Position numbers and translations under genes: made by a program
Shown: positions 1 to 13,600 of the stretch, piece by piece
How positions within the stretch are numbered: position 1 is the first letter of the stretch
Layout: every line of letters starts with the position of its first letter
Source of the DNA: Paraspadella gotoi
Lineage: Eukaryota > Animalia > Chaetognatha
DNA length: 64,000 nucleotides
Direction of reading: 5' to 3'
Assembly (NCBI GenBank): GCA_051294375.1
Contig: CM119271.1
Location: 11,437,180-11,501,179, forward strand
The notes under the pieces: generated by a model
What the model was told of the DNA's origin: nothing
Databases searched by the model: none
What the model saw: the letters and a program-made list of their open reading frames with translations, nothing else

Positions 1-761
1 CGATGGAATCATAAAGAGTTTTTTTTTTATTTCAACGACTGTGAAAAAAAATGAGAGATCATTAATTACTTCGAGTGTCGTCGTCGTCGTCGTCGTTGTT
101 GTTGTCGTTGTTTGTCACGCGAGTGTCCTCTTAGCTAACGAGGGGTACGAAAGAGGGAAAAACTCCGAGAGGTAGTAAAAAGTTTAAAATGTTGTGAAAA
201 GTTAAAAAGTCTTTAGGATGTCGGACATAATATTGAAAATGACGATGCATTGAGATCGTAAATACTCTTGACGGGCATGGAGTGAGGGCATGGAAAATAG
301 ATATGGCAAGGACAAAGAGGTACGGAAAGGTGTGATACAGACTCGGAGTGGAACTCAATCTCATTCGGTTGGGAGAGAAGAAGCTGTTTATCATCTCGAC
401 AACAAAGATGATGGATGCGATTAGAAGGCAATGATTCCATCAAGATACAAATTAAATAAGTTTACGAATGTAATTAAACAATAACAGTCCGTTAAGCAAA
501 ATTCATTTAAATTTAACTATGCACTCCCCTCTAGCGATAAAGTTTTTGAAGTGGCACAAACATAACTACTCCATTATTCATATTTTTTAAAAATCGAATC
601 GTTTCAATAAATTTGAATTATCTCAAATTTCGTTAAACAAACAAAGGAACAGCTGCCAAGCAAAGTGGGCGGAAACGAAAAGCTTTTTTACCAGGGGTCC
701 AATCGACCCATTCTTTCTCTCTCTCTATCTCTCTCTCTCTCTCGTCTCTCTCTCTCTCTCT

Positions 762-799
<38 letters not shown>

Positions 800-884
800 T
801 TTTTTTTTTTACCAGGGTCCAATTCTCTCTCTCTCCCTTTTTTTACCAAGGACCCATCGACTCTTTCTCTCTCTCTCTTCTCTT

Positions 885-927
<43 letters not shown>

Positions 928-2155
928 GCTCTCTCTCTCTCTCTTTCTCTCACTCTGTTTGAACTTTCCCGCCTGGAAAGAAAAACGTGCCGACGTTTTG
1001 TTTTTAAGCGATTGTCACTTTCACATCTTTTCTGACTCACCTTTCCAAGTCTATTTAAACTTACCTCACTTTTATATCTTTCTCTTATCAAACAACGACC
1101 AGATTGTTTTTTGTTTTTTTACATTGTCATTTCAAATATGACAAAAGCTCAAAGTTATTCAGCTTCTGTTTTCCTTTACAATATGGTCAAAAATTCATTT
1201 ACAACAGGTGTTCATGTTTTTTCGCTACTTTTTATTGTTATTTAATAAGTCGATATTTCCTCCGAAATCGTCCATTTTGTACGTCCTTAAAAATAGTCAC
1301 AATATATACTGGAACCTTTACATTTTCAAATATCATATTATATACATAATACATTTAATCTTACGAATTCGCGCTCAAAGATACTCCGCTCTGGATTCTC
1401 TCAATTTCTCCGGACAAACAATTCTAAGAAATCCTCGATCGCCGACGACGACGATTCCGCCATTCGATCCTCGATCCTCGCTAATCGATTCCTTTCGATC
1501 TCAGAGTTCGATACTCGATTCTCGATTCCTCCTCCTCTTCCTCCTCTCTTTTCCACTTCCTCCACGCCCACTCCGCCACGGGCGTCAACGCCCCCACGGC
1601 GAACGCCAATCCCGTGATCAGAAAGAGCCCGAGAGTTTCGCGATGTCATTTGCAGCCGCTGAAGGTTGGACGGACTCCGGTCGCGCGGTGGACGCAGAGT
1701 GGAGGGTGGCGGCGTGGAGCCAGCGGTTGACGAGGCCGGCGTGGTGTAGGCGACATTCGGGGGAGATTGTCGCAAGGAGAGGGTGATCCTGAAGAGGATT
1801 GGGGGTTTGAGGGGAGATTGAGACATTAGTTGGTGTGGAGAATGTTAAGAACCTCCGAAGACTAAGATTTTATTAAGAATGTTAAGAATGTTAAGGTCTC
1901 TCTATTTGAGAGATTAACATTAAGACATTTAAAATAAAAGTAAAAAACGTCGAGAATGATTGTCTAGAATGTTTTAATCGTTAAGATTTTGAGAAGAATT
2001 GTACAAACGTTGGGCAGGTTAAAATGTTAGAATGGAAATATTTAAAGAATGTTAAAAAAAAAATAATGTTATATTATGTTATGTTTATGATCGTTAAGAT
2101 GTGACAAACGCCGTCGATTCCAATATTTTTTTGTTAGAGGCATCGTCCTTCAAGA

Positions 2156-2229
2156 GGCCTTGTGGGCGCAATGGACAACGCGTCTGACTACGGATCAGAA
2201 GATTCCAGGTTCGAATCCTGGCAAGGTCG
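2156..2229 (+). tRNA. tRNA-Arg(ACG), copy 1 (1-nt insertion)
   Basis: GGCCTTGTG(G)GCGCAATGG...CTACGGA...GGTTCGAATCC...AAGGTCG, followed by a T-run. Confidence 0.85.
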
Positions 2230-2570
2230 TTCTTTTGTTTTTAATTTGCGAGAAGATAAAAAGATATTTCAGAATTTTATTTTCCGATTTTTTTGTGAAA
2301 AATTGCAAAAACCCCAATGAATATTATATTAATAAAAAAAAAAAAACAAAGAAGAAATCTCACATTTCCCCTTTCAAAATTGGAAATGATTCCATGCTAT
2401 GAAAAAATTTAATTTCTATTCGCTTTCTATTACTGAATATTATATATATATTATATATTATTATATATTATTATATATATTATATTATTAATTGGGAGCA
2501 CCGTTCAGTCTTCCTTATCTGCTCGAGAAAAAAAATTTAAACTTATACGTCCAAAAGGAGGATGAGTTTC

Positions 2571-2637
2571 TTCTCTGTGGCGAATCGGTTAGCGCGTTCG
2601 CTGTTAACGAAAGGTTGGGGTTTGAGCCCCCAGGACG
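2571..2637 (+). tRNA. tRNA-Asn(GTT), degenerate copy 1
   Basis: Matches 10595-10668 but with several deletions, including in the T-arm. Confidence 0.6.
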
Positions 2638-3227
2638 TTTCCTTTTTTTCCATTCGAATGAAAATTTTTCTTTCCAAACTATTTTAATATAAAATCAGTT
2701 GGACAGACTATTTCGAGTTAATTTACTCACCGATTTAACAACAACAACAAAAAATGAGGAGAATTTTTAGGCGATTTCCGATCAACGCCGTTGACAACGG
2801 TCGAAATAAGTTTAACTTCATACGTGAGTTTAATACAACTTGGGTCAGTTACAAATCAGAATGTGCGCCTACGGTCAATTCCTGTGAACTGACCACGACG
2901 ATGCAGATTTAGTTTCCGTCATAAACGAAGGACCTTTTTGTCTTCAAAACACATTTTTTCAAGTCGTAAATAATGAATGTGAATGCATTAATGATTTTAA
3001 AAAGTATCTCGGACTAGATCGTATGGTATGTAATTGGTTTGACAATCGATATTATAAGTTTTAACTCAAGTTTTATGTCACAAGACAAGGTCAGCAAATA
3101 ATATTTGATATCGAAATTTACAGGGCCGCACGAATTTCTTAGAATCTGATCCTTTGGTTGTTATTATGGGTTGTGTTGTTTTAAATTCTTATTAATTTTT
3201 TTAAATAAAAATAGTTTTCATCAGAAA

Positions 3228-3312
3228 GTCAGGATGGCCGGAGCGGTCTAAGGCGCTGCGTTCAGGTCGCAGTCCACTTCTGTGGGCGTGGGTTCGAATC
3301 CCACTCCTGACA
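3228..3312 (+). tRNA. tRNA-Leu(CAG), copy 1
   Basis: GTCAGGATGGCCG(G)AGCGGTCTAAGG...TTCAGGT...long variable arm...GGTTCGAATCCCACTCCTGACA. Confidence 0.85.
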
Positions 3313-3411
3313 AATGCCTTTTTGATTCGTCAAAATTTGTACCAGTTTTTATTTTTTTTTCTTATTGTTAACCAGCGGAATTAAAATGCTAATGCCTGAT
3401 AAAAAAGTTAT

Positions 3412-3480
3412 CTCCCATGCGGGATCGAACCCGGCCGCGGCGGTGAAAGCGCCGAATCCTAACCACTAGACCACATGGGA
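3412..3480 (-). tRNA. tRNA-Glu(TTC), copy 1 (3 nt short)
   Basis: Reverse complement TCCCATGTGGTCTAGTGGTTAGGATTCGGCGCTTTCACC... Confidence 0.75.
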
Positions 3481-3681
3481 TCACTGATACGACTTATATT
3501 TTCAACTGAGGTGAATAATTAAAAGCCTCGATATCAGGAAAAGTGAATCATTCGATCGAGTTTGATGAGAAAAAAGTTGGATACTCGATGTTATCCTCAC
3601 TGTTTTAACTTTATAATTTACATTTAATAATCACGATTCATGAATTGAAATTTAAACGTTTATTATCAACTAATTTACACT

Positions 3682-3769
3682 CCCTTGATAGCTCAGTTGG
3701 TAGAGCGGAGGACTGTAGTTGGCTTTGAACAGTAATCCTAGGTCGCTGGTTCGAATCCGGCTCGAGGGA
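3682..3769 (+). tRNA. tRNA-Tyr(GTA) with intron, copy 1
   Basis: CCCTTGATAGCTCAGTTGGTAGAGCGGAGGACTGTAG-intron-ATCCT...GGTTCGAATCCGGCTCGAGGGA. Confidence 0.8.
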
Positions 3770-3851
3770 ATATCCTTTTGTTTGACTGCTGCTTTGTTTC
3801 TTGATTAGCGAGTCATTCCATCTATTTTTATAGAGAGGAGCGAACAGCAAG

Positions 3852-3920
3852 TCTCGGTAGTATAGTGGTGAGTTATCCTCGCTGTCACGCGAGAGACCGG
3901 GGTTCGATCCCCGCCGGGAG
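3852..3920 (+). tRNA. tRNA-Asp(GTC), copy 1 with indels
   Basis: Matches 11904-11975 with single-base indels. Confidence 0.7.
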
Positions 3921-6900
3921 CAATACTTTTGCTCCAAATGACTACGGATCTATCAACTTTTGACCGACTTCATGTGAAGATCTCTAAAATTTTTTTAAAA
4001 AAATTATTCATTATTTTTAAAAAATTTAAAAAATTTCGCCTGTTATTTATTAAAGAAAAGTAGTTTTATGATAAAAATATTACAATATATTATTGATTAA
4101 AATATATAATTCATTAAATAATAATTAATATTAAAACTTTTGATTATTAATATTAACTATAAAATAAGCACCCCATGTCAGGGAGTATACAATTTTAACT
4201 CCCCTGGGGCATTGAAATACAGTTCCCTTTGGGGCACGGAATTTTGATGCCCCGGGATCTTGCAAGGGTCACCCCAATGGCTTAAAATTGATCGCCCTGG
4301 GTGGCCCTAGGGGCAAGGGTTTCAGTCCCCTGGGGCACACCAACTCATCCCACAACCACGTCCCAAAACCACGCCACCTTGGTGCGCGAAGGCGATGGCG
4401 CCAAAGTTGAGCGGCGCCGGCAACTTCTCCAACTCATCCCGACAATTAGACGCGACGAGATAATCGATGTCTCGATCCGCGCCACGTGGCGTGTCCCTCG
4501 TCGAGCGTCTTCATCATCGTCGGAAAGTCCGTAGTATTTAACGAGGCCCAATCGAGCATTCGGGCGTAGATGCGTTGGAGGACTCGTCGCCGGATTCTAA
4601 TTTAGTGAGGGGGCACGTTTTTTAAAAAAACTTTTTACCTCAGACAAGAACGCTTTTATCTTTTTTATGTGGTTTGACCAAGAATTTTAAACAATACAGG
4701 AAATACGGATGACTGTTAATTATATATATACCTTTTAGCGAGCCAATAAAAAAAACATGGCGAATAAGTAAAGCAAAAGCATTCATACAAATTCACTTTC
4801 CATATTTTTTGGAAAAAAGAAAAGGAAATCACCCAAGAAAACCAATAGAGCCAGAGACAAGTTCTTCGACCAGAGATATAAAAAAGGCCAGTTTCCTGAA
4901 AGCCTGAGTACCTGATGTCCTGATCGTTTGATTGCTTCGTTCCTATTTCCTAATTGCCTAATTACCTAAATTGCCTGATTGCCTCTTAGGCTACATACTT
5001 GAAAGCCTGAGTACCTGACGTCCTGATCGCCGCCTTTATATTCTGATTGCCCTAAATTGCCCGATTGTCCGTCCGTCTTGAGATCTAATAGCCTGATCCC
5101 TTTATTTCCGATCGTCAGTATGCGTTCGCCCGATCGCCAGATTACCCAATTGCCTAATCGCCCGATCGCTCGGATTGCCCGATCGCCTTCGATTTAAAAC
5201 CTGAAAAAGTCCTCGTCCGACGAATTGGCCAAAACTCCGTAACGAATCTTCGTTTTGGTTAAAAAGTTCGGCGATGGTCGAAACCGGCATGTAGTGTGTT
5301 GAACGGTGAGGAAAGCGGCAGGTTGGCCGTGTAGGTCGAGGTCATGACCAGGCAAAAGGTCACCAGGCCAGGGTCAGGATTTTGCGCCCAGGGATGAGGG
5401 GTCTCGCGCTTCGGTGCCCTGGTTGAAAGGGGAGGGGGTAAGGGAGGTGAGTACAGGAGGGGGGTAAAAAGGTAAGTCATCCATTTTTATGTCGTCAAAA
5501 ATGCTAAATTAGATAATAAAGAAATGTACACAACTTTCGTAAATAAACTGCGATTCCAGTTGAGCAATCTAGCTTCTAAAACGCTGACCTGCTGCAGCAA
5601 CGTGCCGCAAGAGAACCAAAAACTGTCGTAGCAACCGAACCGCCCTTTTCCATCACCACCACCTCCTCCTCCTCCTCCTCCTCCTCCTCCAAGACGCCTC
5701 GACAATCGCTCCGTCGTCGTCAAGGCGACGTTAAACACGAGGAAGGCGACGGCGATGCTCAACCAGAGTTCGTCTCGAACGGATGAGAAACTGGAAGAGG
5801 TCGACCCGAGGGAAGCGTTTGACGACGGCTTGGAGGCTGTTGAACATGAAGGGCTGGGTGAAGCTCACGCTGAGAATTTTCGGAGGGGGGGGAGGGGAGT
5901 TGGGTGGGGTTAAGGGTTGGAGGCGGTGGCGGTGGCAGGGTGAGGAAAGGAAAAGTTAGAAGGAAGTAGGCCCTACATTGTAGGGACATTTTATGTCATC
6001 TGAAAATGGAAAACTGGAAATTACAAAGAAGGAATCAATGTGTAGTAAATGAGAGAATTAATGAATTATAAATAAGAATGAATTAATTAATTAATTAATA
6101 TTATTAAATTAAATTATACAGAATGAGAGAATCAATCAATCAATCAAAGAACGAATAAATAAATTTAAAATTCCTGGTTTGAGTTGTAAATCTAGAATTT
6201 TTTTTAAATGTTAAAAATATCTTGACTAAATCTCAAAAGGATCCCCACTATATATCCCGGGTTCACGTTTGAATAACCTTTTAAATTATTCAAAAAACAA
6301 GAATAGTATGTAATTACGACATAAAACAAGAAAGAAGACGTTGAAAAATGAACAATTAAGAAAAAAACATCGATAATTTAATTCTCAAAATTTATACTTT
6401 TCCAAAGCCGCCACCCGCCCGTTCCACATTACCCCCCCCCCCTAAATCTAACCTTGTATTATTCAACCTTACGGAGTCACGGTCAAAATCTGTACGGCCA
6501 TGTCCGCAAGCCCGGACTCGACTCCATCGATGAGTCCGTTGAAGGACGTCTCCAAGACCCGGATGTCGTAGTCGAATCCCAAATCGTTGGCCAACATCCG
6601 GAGGAGACGGACGCAGACCCCGTCGAGACCCTTTGCCGGGGTGTGGGTCACGTAGGGAGGGTAGAGGAGGGTGACCACTCGGAGGTGGGGCGGAGGGATG
6701 GTGGGGAAAGGGTGGTGTGGTCATTAGGGACAAGGGAGTGTTGGGAGGAAAGAGGGGGGAAAGTGGGTAAGGGATTAATTTTTAAGGGGAGGGAGGTTAT
6801 GTTTTTTTTTCTGTTTTGTTCTTGTTTTTTGCGTTTGTTTTGTTTTTTAATTTATAGTTTGTTTTTTTTAAGTGTTTTTTAAAAATATTTTTAGTGTTAT

Positions 6901-7281
6901 TCTAAAAAGCTTTTGTTAAAATGAAATCTAATTGATTCATTTAATTTTGTCTCAATTTTTTTTATTATATCATTGCTTAGTTCTGATTTGTTTGTTTTCT
7001 TTTTTATTGTTTGTTTTAGATTAGTTTCGATAGGTTTTACTTTGTTGAATTGTTTTTGTTTTTTTTTAGTTTTGTTTTCTTTTATTTTATTTCAATTTGT
7101 TTCTTTAATTGTTTTATTTGGTATTATTGTTTATGTTTTTATTTTGTCACACGACAATTGTCGCTATTACAAAAACGGAGAAAAAGAAAATTCGCAACCA
7201 AAAATTTTGGAAAATCTCCGTCGAGAAAGCGGAACCTTTTTTTCTTCGGCACGCGCGAGTGGAGAGAGAGAGAGAGAGAGA

Positions 7282-7374
<93 letters not shown>

Positions 7375-7612
7375 CGCTCCCTTTTGTTTACCATATAAAT
7401 TTAACAACTGAAACAACGACGGAGATTTTTTTTTAAAAGTTTTCTTTTTTGCTATTTTAGTTGTAAATATTTTATCGCGAAAGAAACAATTCTTTCGGCA
7501 AGAAATGATAAACCCTTTTTCGTCGTTGTCGTCGTCGTAATTCATCGTCGTCGTCATCGTCGTCGTTCTTCGATTGATTGAAAAGATATTCTCTCGTTGA
7601 ATCGTCGCACCT

Positions 7613-7661
<49 letters not shown>

Positions 7662-7809
7662 TGACGGATACCGAAAAGAGCCGCAAAATATTTCATAACG
7701 AGAATAAACTTTGAGCTATTATATTTATACTATAAATTATAGCTTTATTTATTTTGCTTACTCAAGCAAACGATTATCAAATCAATTCCAAAATCTCTCT
7801 TATCTTCTC

Positions 7810-7842
<33 letters not shown>

Positions 7843-8736
7843 CTATTTCTTTCATCTTGAACAAAGCCAATACGAAAAAATAGCAAACCACCATCGCCGC
7901 TCAGGCCTGGCTTCATTTGACCTCAACTTAAAGATCATTTCTTATCTCTACCATTCATCGCGAACGAGATAAAAAAACCTCACTCCAATTATTTCCCGCA
8001 TTTCGAAAAGCGACCAACTTACCCTATATTGATTTTTTTTTATTTCAACGACTGTGAAAAAAAAATGAGAGATCATTAATTACCTTCGAGTGTCGTCGTC
8101 GTCGTCGTCGTTGTTGTTGTCGTTGTTTGTCACGCGAGTGTCCTCTTAGCTTAAGAGGGGGTACGAAAGAGGGAAAAACTCCGAGGGTAGTAAAAAGTTT
8201 AAAATGGTTGTGAAAAGTTAAAAAGTCTTTAGGATGTCGGACATAATATTGAAAATGACGATGCATTGAGATCGTAAATATCTTGACGGGCATGGAGTGA
8301 GGGCATGGAAAATAGATATGGCAAGGACAAAGAGGTACGGAAAGTGTGATACAGACTCGGAGTGGAACTCAATCTCATTCGGTTGGGAGAGAAGAAAGCT
8401 GTTTATCATCTCGACAACAAAGATGATGGATGCGATTAGAAGGCAATGATTCCATCAAGATACAAATTAAATAAGTTTACGAATGTAATTAAACATTAAA
8501 CAGTCCGTTAAGCAAAATTCATTAAATTTTAACTATGCACTCCTCTAGCGATAAAGTTTTTGAAGTGGCACAAACATAACTACTCCATTATCATATTTTT
8601 TTAAAAATCGAATCGTTTCAATAAATTTGAATTATCTCAAAAATTCGTTAAACAAACAAAGGAACAGCTGCCAAGCAAAGTGGGCGGGAAACGAAAAGCT
8701 TTTTTACCAGGGGTCCAATCGACCCATCTTTCTCTC

Positions 8737-8801
<65 letters not shown>

Positions 8802-8871
8802 TTTTTTTTTTTTACCAGGGGTCCAATCTCTCTCTCTCTCCCTTTTTTTACCAAGGACCCAATCGACTCTT

Positions 8872-8963
<92 letters not shown>

Positions 8964-9387
8964 TCCACTCTGTTTGAACTTTCCGCCTGGAAAGAAAAAC
9001 GTGCGACGTTTTGTTTTTAAGCGATTGTCACTTTCACATCTTTTCTGACTCACCTTTTCCAAGTCTATTTAAACTTACCTCACTTTTATATCTTTCTCTT
9101 ATCAAAACAACGACCAGATTGTTTTTTGTTTTTTTTACATTGTCATTTCACAATATGACAAAAGCCTCAAAGTTATTCAGCTTCTGTTTTCCTTTACAAT
9201 ATCGAACTTTACAACAGGTGTTCATGTTTTTTCGCTACTTTTATTGTTTATTTAATAAGTCGATATTCTCCTTCCGAAATCGTCCATTTTTGACGATCCT
9301 TAAAAATAGTCACATATATACTGGAAGCCTTTACATTTTCAAATATCATATTATATACATAATACATTTAAATCTTACGAATTCCGC

Positions 9388-10600
9388 TCAAAGATACTCC
9401 GCTCTGGATTCTCTCAATTTCTCCGGACAAACAATTCTAAGAAATCCTCGATCGCCGACGACGACGATTCCCGCCATTCGATCCTCGATCCTCGCTAATC
9501 GATTCCTTTCGATCTCAGAGTTCGATACTCGATTCTCGATTCCTCCTCCTCTTCCTCCTCCTCTTTTCCACTTCCTCCACGCCCACTCCGCCACGGGCGT
9601 CAACGCCCCCACGGCGAACGCCAATCCCGTGATCAGAAAGAGCCCCGAGAGTTTCGCCGATGTCATTTGCAGCCGCTGAAGGTTGGACGGACTCCGGTCG
9701 CGCGGGTGGACGCAGAGCTGGAGGGTGGCGGCGTGGAGCCAGCGGTTGACGAGGCCGGCGTGGGTGTAGGCGACGATTCGGGAGGAGATTTGTCGAAGGA
9801 GAGGGTGATCCTGAAGGAGGAGTTGGCGGGTTTGGAGGGGAGAGTTGAGATAATTAGTTGGTGGAGAATGTTAAGAACCTCCGAAGGACTAAGATTTTAT
9901 TAAGAATGTTAAGAATGTTAAGGTCTCTCTATTTGAGAGATTAACATTAAGACATTTAAAATAAAAGTAAAAAACGTCGAGAATGATTGTCTAGAATGTT
10001 TTAATCGTTAAGATTTTGAGAAGAATGTTACAAACGTTGGGCAGGTTAAAATGTTAGAATGGAAATATTTAAAGAATGTTAAAAAAAAATAATGTTATAT
10101 TATGTTATGTTATGATCGTTAAGATGTGACAAACGCCGTCGATTCCAATATTTTTTTTGTTAGAGGCATCGTCCTTCAAGAGGCCTTGTGGCGCAATGGA
10201 CAACGCGTCTGACTACGGATCAGAAGATTCCAGGTTCGAATCCTGGCAAGGTCGTTCTTTTGTTTTTAATTTGCGAGAAGATTTAAAAAGATATTTCAGA
10301 ATTTAATTTTCCGATTTTTTTGTGAAAATTGCAAAAACCCCAATGAATATTATATTAATAAAAAAAAAAAACAAAGAAGAAATCTCACATTTCCCCTTTC
10401 AAAATTGGAAATGATTCCATGCTATGAAAAAATTTAATTTCTATTCGCTTTCTATTACTGAATATTATAATATATATTATATATTATTATATATTATTAT
10501 ATATATTATATTATTAATTGGGAGCACCGTTCAGTCTTCCTTATCTGCTCGAGAAAAAAAATTTAAACTTATACGTCCAAAAGGAGGATGAGCTGTCTCT

Positions 10601-10651
<51 letters not shown>

Positions 10652-13600
10652 GAGCCCACCCAGGGACGTTTCCTTTTTTTCCATTCGAATGAAATTTTTC
10701 TTTTCCAAACTATTTTAATAATAAAATCAGTTGGACAGACTATTTCGAGTTAATTTACTCACCCGATTTAACAACAACAACAAAAAATGAGGAGAATTTT
10801 TAGGCGATTTCCGATCAACGCCGTTGACAACGGTCGAAATAAGTTTAACTTCATACGTGAGTTTAATACAACTTGGGTCAGTTACAAAATCAGAATGTCG
10901 CCTACGGTCAATTCCTGTGAACTGACCACGACGATGCAGATTTAGTTTCCGTCATAAACGAAGGACCTTTTTGTCTTCAAAACACATTTTTTCAAGTCGT
11001 AATAATGAATGTGAATGCATTAATGATTTTAAAAAGTATCTCGGACTAGATCGTATGGTATGTAATGGTTTGACAATCGATATTATAAGTTTTAACTTCA
11101 AGTTTTATGTCACAAGACAAGGTCAGCAAATAATATTTGATATCGAAATTTACAGGGCCGCACGGATTTCTTAGAATCTGATCCTTTGGTTGTTATTATG
11201 GGTTGTGTTGTTTTAAATTCTTATTAATTTATTTTTAAATAAAAATAGTTTTCATCAGGAAGTCAGGATGGCCGAGCGGTCTAAGGCGCTGCGTTCAGGT
11301 CGCAGTCCACTTCTGTGGGCGTGGGTTCGAATCCCACTCCTGACAAATGCCTTTTTGATTCGGTCAAAATTGTACCAGTTTTTATTTTTTTTTCTTATTG
11401 TTAACCAGCGGAATTAAAATGCTAATGCCTGATAAAAAGTTATCTCCCATGCGGGGAATCGAACCCCGGCCGCGGCGGTGAAAGCGCCGAATCCTAACCA
11501 CTAGACCACATGGGATCACTGATACGACTTATATTTTCAACTGAGGTGAATAATTAAAAGCCTCGATATCAGGAAAAAGTGAATCATTCGATATCGAGTT
11601 TGATGAGAAAAAAGTTGGATACTCGATCGGTTATCCTCACTGTTTTAACTTTATAATTTTACATTTAATAATCACGATTCATGAATTGAAATTTAAACGT
11701 TTATTATTCAAACTAATTTACATCTCCCTTGATAGCTCAGTTGGTAGAGCGGAGGACTGTAGTTGGCTTTGAAACAGTAATCCTTAGGTCGCTGGTTCGA
11801 ATCCGGCTCGAGGGAATATCCTTTTGTTTGACTGCTGCTTTTGTTTCTTGACTTAGCGAGTCATCCATCTCATTCTTTCATAGAGAGGAGCGAAACAAGC
11901 AAGTCCTCGGTAGTATAGTGGTGAGTATCCTCGCCTGTCACGCGAGAGACCGGGGTTCGATTCCCCGCCGGGGAGCAATACTTTTGCTCCAAATGACTAC
12001 GGACTCTATCTAACTTTTGACCGACTTCATGTGAAGATCTCTAAAAATTTTTTTAAAAAAAATTATTCATAGATTTTTAAAAAGATTTAAAAAATTTCGC
12101 CTGTTATTTATTAAAAGAAAAGTAGTTTTATGATAAAAATATTACAATATATTATTGATTAAAATATTATAATTCATTAAATAATAATTAATATTAAAAA
12201 CTTTTGATTATATAATATTAACTATAAAAATAAAGCAACCCCATGTCAGGGAGTATACAATTTTAACTCCCCTGGGGCATTGAAATACAGTTCCCTTTGG
12301 GGCACGGAATTTTGATGCCTCCCGGGGATCTTGCAAGGGGTCACCCCAATGGCTTAAAAATTGATCGCCCCTGGGGTGGCCCTAGGGGCAAGGGGTTTCA
12401 GTCCCCCTGGGGGCACACCAACTCATCCCCACAACCACGTCCCAAAACCACGCCCACCTTGGTGACCGCGAAGGCGATGGCGCCAAAGTTGAGCGGCGCC
12501 GGCAACTTCTCCAACTCATCCCGACAATTAGACGCGACGAGATAATCGATGTCTCGATCCGCGGCCACGATGGCGTGTCCCTCGTCGAGCGTCTTCATCA
12601 TCGTCGGAAAGTCGTAGTATTTAACGAGGCCCCAATCGAGCATTCGGGCGTAGATGCGTTGGAGGGACTCGTCGCCGGATCTAATTTAGTGAGGGGGCAC
12701 GTTTTTTAAAAAAACTTTTACCTCAGACAAGAACGCTTTTATCTTTTTTATGTGGTTTGACCAAGAATTTTAAACAATACAGGAATACGGATGACTGTTA
12801 ATTATATATATACCTTTTAGCGAGCCAATAAAAAAAACATGGCGAATAAGTAAAGCAAAAGCATTCATACAAATTCACTTTCCATATTTTTTGGAAAAAA
12901 GAAAAGGAAATCACCCAAGAAAACCAATAGAACGCCAGAGACAAGTTCTTCGACCAGAGATATAAAAAAAGGCCAGTTTCCTGAAAGCCTGAGTACCTGA
13001 TGTCCTGATCGTTTGATTGCTTCGTTTCCTTATTTCCTAATTGCCTAATTACCTAAATTGCCTGATTGCCTCTTAGGCTACATACCTTGAAAGCCTGAGT
13101 ACCTGACGTCCTGATCGCCGCTTTATATTCTGATTGCCTAAATTGCCCGATTGTCCGTCCGTCTTGAGATCCTAATCGCCTGATCCCTTTATTTTCCGAT
13201 CGTCAGTATGGCGTTCGCCCGATCGCCAGATTACCCAATTGCCTAATCGCCCGATCGCTCGGATTGCCCGATCGCCTTCGATTTAAAACCTGAAAAAGTC
13301 CTCGTCCGACGAATTGGCCAAAACTCCGTAACGAATCTTCGTTTGGTTAAAAAGTTCGGCGATGGTCGAAACCCCGGATGTAGTGTGTTGAACGGTGAGG
13401 AAAGCGGCCAGGTTGGCCGTGTAGGTCGAGGTCATGACCAGGCAAAAGGTCCACCAGGCCAGGGTCAGGATTTTGCCGCCCAGGGATCGAGGGGTCTCGC
13501 CTTCGGTGCCCTGGTTGAAAGGGGAGGGGGTAAGGGAGGTGAGTACAAGGTAGGGGGGTAAAAAGGTAAGGTCATCCATTTTTATGTCGTCAAAAATGCT

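Larger units (their letters stand above)
1375..6724 (-). pseudogene. Frameshifted copy of the ionotropic glutamate receptor/IR gene (pseudogene or consensus error)
   Basis: Same exons as 9388-14821. Fragments such as [20 protein letters not shown] and MTSTYTANL are split across frames by single-base indels. Confidence 0.85.
18..8033. repeat. Tandem segmental duplication, copy 1 (~8.0 kb)
   Basis: Colinear and near-identical to 8034-16146 along its whole length. It differs mainly by 1-bp deletions/insertions. Confidence 0.95.

Noticed and set aside
665-9062. Many ORFs with SLSLSL/RERERE tracts
   Set aside because: They are translations of (CT)n/(GA)n microsatellites, with no domain content.
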